A stretch of 64,000 nt of DNA, from NCBI RefSeq assembly GCF_009914755.1, contig NC_060931.1. One strand, given 5' to 3'. Shown in pieces: positions 61,010 to 64,000 of the stretch. Position numbers and translations under genes: made by a program. How positions within the stretch are numbered: position 1 is the stretch's first letter; every line of letters begins with the position of its first letter. The notes under the pieces are model-generated. The model did no database searches. It had not been told where the DNA came from and worked only from the letters and a program-made list of their open reading frames with translations. This DNA is from the human T2T-CHM13v2.0 reference genome, Homo sapiens.

Positions 61010-64000
61010 AACATAAAGATCAGGGGACTTCTGTTCCTGAATAAAACGTAGTAAGATCGTAGCAGACTAGAATTCCCATTGCAACAATTATAAAGAACCA
61101 GATAAATTAAGAAAGTCACATTTTTAAGAATCTCAGAAAATGAGGAAGCAATGAAGGCTACATAAATCACCAATTGTTTTCTTCCCTGGGGACATTTTAC
61201 AATTCTGGGCATGGACTAAGAATTTGACTTGACTTATAAAGAAGGAATCTACTTGGGGAAAGAGAAACCAGAGAGGTTTTTGGCAGTCACGTGGGGCTGG
61301 TGGGAGAAACCAGAAATTTGGTAAGTGCTAAACACATAGCTGGTTTTCCCCCGGGACATCTTCTGGGTTCAGGGGCTATGCAAAGAAGGCTGGGACATTT
61401 GTTTAAAGACTTCAAAAAGTCATAATAAAATCTCCTCTAGTTTCATGGTGCTAAGGGGAAAAAGTCTAATTAAAGGAAGAAGTCTTGCCATTCAAACACA
61501 CAGCCAGCCACCCTGTTTAGGACATCTTCCAGATTTTGAAGCTGTAATGGGGCAAGGGGTGCAAGGCTAAAGAGCTAAGTTCAAAACCTCTAACGTACAG
61601 CACTAAATTCCCCACAATCTTTCAGAACTGAGAAGACAGAATTCCTGCAGGCTGTAATCAAAAGTCCAGAATAGCTATGTTTGAGGAACAGAAAAAAACC
61701 AGAAGTGGACTAAGTCTTACTAAAGCTGCAACTTAGCCCCTATTCAGCTCGAAGATAAAACCTTCATCCTAAGAGTGTTTCCAAAGAGGAATGTGGAAGC
61801 CCTTTCTAGTATAGGGCATCAACTGGAGCCTCTGCAGTGCTTCTATTTATATTGTCTGGTTTATAATAAAAAAATTACTAGACATGCAGAGAAGCAGAAA
61901 AAATGTGACTGATCATTATAATCAAGAGAAAAGATAAACAATAGAAGCAGACCCACAGATAAGCCAAATATTGAAGCTGGCAGATGAGAACTTTATTAAA
62001 AAACTCATTAATATACTACATGAAACAGAAGAAAATGGGGGAAATGGATGCAATGATAATGAATATAGAAAGATTTAAATCTTTGTAAAAGAATCAAATG
62101 TACATTCTCTAACTGACAAATATAACACCTGAGTTTAAAAACACATTAGGTGCATTTAACAGCAGACTGGACAGAGAAGTAGACAAAATTATTAGACTTT
62201 AAGATAGGATTATAGAAAATATACAAATCCAAGCACAGATGAAAAGAACGTATAAAAAGAAAACTGAGCATACGAGATAGTTAAAAGGTATACCATATTT
62301 ATTTAAAGTTCCGGAATAAAAGGAGAAATAAATGGGAGCAGAAGCAGTATTTGTGGAAACAACAGCCAAAATGTTTCCAAAGTTGATAAGACATTACTCA
62401 ACAGATTCAAGAAGCTCATCAAATTCTAAGCAAGATAAATAAAAGGAAAACAACAGTTAGACATATTTTTGTCAAACTTCTAATAATCAAGAATTAAAAG
62501 AAGCCTTAAAAGTACCCAGAGGGAAAAAATACATTAACTTCAAAGGAGCAACAATAAAATGAATGGCTGACTTTTCAACATAAATTATGAAAGCCAGGAG
62601 ATAATGGGACAATATCTCAGAGTGCTGAAATAAAAGATTGTCAATTTAGAACTTTATGCTTATTTAAAATATCATTCAAAAATGAAGGAAAAGTAAAGAA
62701 ATTTTCATCCAAATGAAAATGAATTTTTAACCAACAGATCTTCACCACAAAATCAATTAAAGAAAAAATTTAAAGCAATCATATAAAGGCATGAAACTGA
62801 AAGAAGAAATAAAGAGCTTCAGAAAATGTAAATATGTGGGTAAAAATAAAATATTATTGTTTCATGTAACAAGAATAATAATGTCTTGTTGAAATTATAA
62901 CATATAAACAAAATATGTGACAATATCACAAAGGCCAGAGGAAGAGTATTATGTCAAGAATGCATATTATGGTCTCCAGAGAAATCATAAAATAATAACA
63001 TAATTTATTACTAACCATATAGTAAGTAGAGAAATGAAATAATAAAATATGCTTGATTAATCCAAAAGAAGACTAGAAAAGAAGAATAAATGAGCAAAGA
63101 ACAGATGAACTGATAAAAAATAAATAGCAAGATAGTGGACTTAAACCCAACTATATCAGTAATTCCATTCCATATGAATAAGCCAAACAATAACATTTTT
63201 TTTAAAGATTGTTAGATTAAATTTTTAAAACTTGACTACATGTTACAGACAATAATTACTATATAGAGAGACACAGAAAGGGTGAGAATGAAAAGATGGT
63301 AAATGATATATCACCTTGACACTAACCAAAAGAGAGCTGATGTCATTGTGCTAATAGCAGACATTGCCAAATACACTGTATGTTAGCCTAAGAGGAAGTC
63401 TTAACTTTTTTTTCAAAGGATTCAAATTATATGTAATATGTTCTCTGACTACAATAGAATTAAAATATAAATAAATCAGAGAACGATAATTAGAAAATCT
63501 CCGAAATATTTGGAAATTATGCAACATACTTCTAAATAACTCAAGGATCAAAAAATCAAATAAAATTAGAAAATATGAGCAAAATAACAATAAAAGTGAC
63601 ATATTAAACAGTGATGCCAAAAAGGAAATTTACAGTTCCAAATGCAAATGAATATTTAAGATGAGAGAAAAAAGAAAGACTGAAAATCAATAAGCCTAAT
63701 TCAGACAAATTTAATCCAAGGAAAACAGAAGAAAAAATATTAATGAGCAGAATTAATAGATTAAAAAACATATTACAGGGAAAGCAAACAAAGCCAAAAG
63801 TTAGTTCTTTGAAAATAGTAATACAATTTATAAGTCCTTATTAATGCTGATCAAGAAAAAGAGGGAGAGAAAACACAAATTATCAATATCAGGAATAAAA
63901 GGAAAATCATCACTACAGACATTTAATAAACAATCGTGTGTCACTTAATTTTAAAAATTGAGATAAAATAGATAAAATATTGTTTAAAAATAAACTCCAA
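61010..64000 (+). mobile_element. Old L1 (L1M) 5'UTR-ORF1-start of ORF2, decayed
   Basis: A-rich strand; ORF1-like cagattcaagaagctc..ggctgacttttcaac..gaaagccagg; ORF2-like tgttctctgactacaatagaattaaa and caaagccaaaagttagttctttgaaa. Confidence 0.85.

Overview
Primate (human-like, Alu-rich) genomic DNA with no intact protein-coding gene that I can support. About two thirds is recognisable interspersed repeat: Alu, L1, L2, MIR, MaLR/ERV LTRs and hAT/TcMar DNA transposons. The ORF track is largely repeat-derived or spurious. The main observation is that nearly all the unique DNA left between the repeats, from ~265 to ~59,300, translates on the + strand, through many stops and frameshifts, into the ordered motifs of extracellular cadherin (EC) repeats: DxNDNxPxF, Y..V.EN/ED..G, AxDxD.G.N, Y.I..GN, F.I...TG.I, LDRE/LDYE/LDFE and AxDxGxP. 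Several repeats resume directly across transposon insertions. This reads as the fossil of a giant Fat/Dachsous-like cadherin gene. By a rough hand estimate it holds 18-21 kb of coding remnant (~50-60 EC repeats, versus 34 in FAT1-4), apparently in one or a few enormous exons. It died long enough ago to be interrupted by L2 and MIR elements. No signal peptide or transmembrane end lies in the window. All translations and repeat subfamily calls were made by eye and need HMM/RepeatMasker confirmation.
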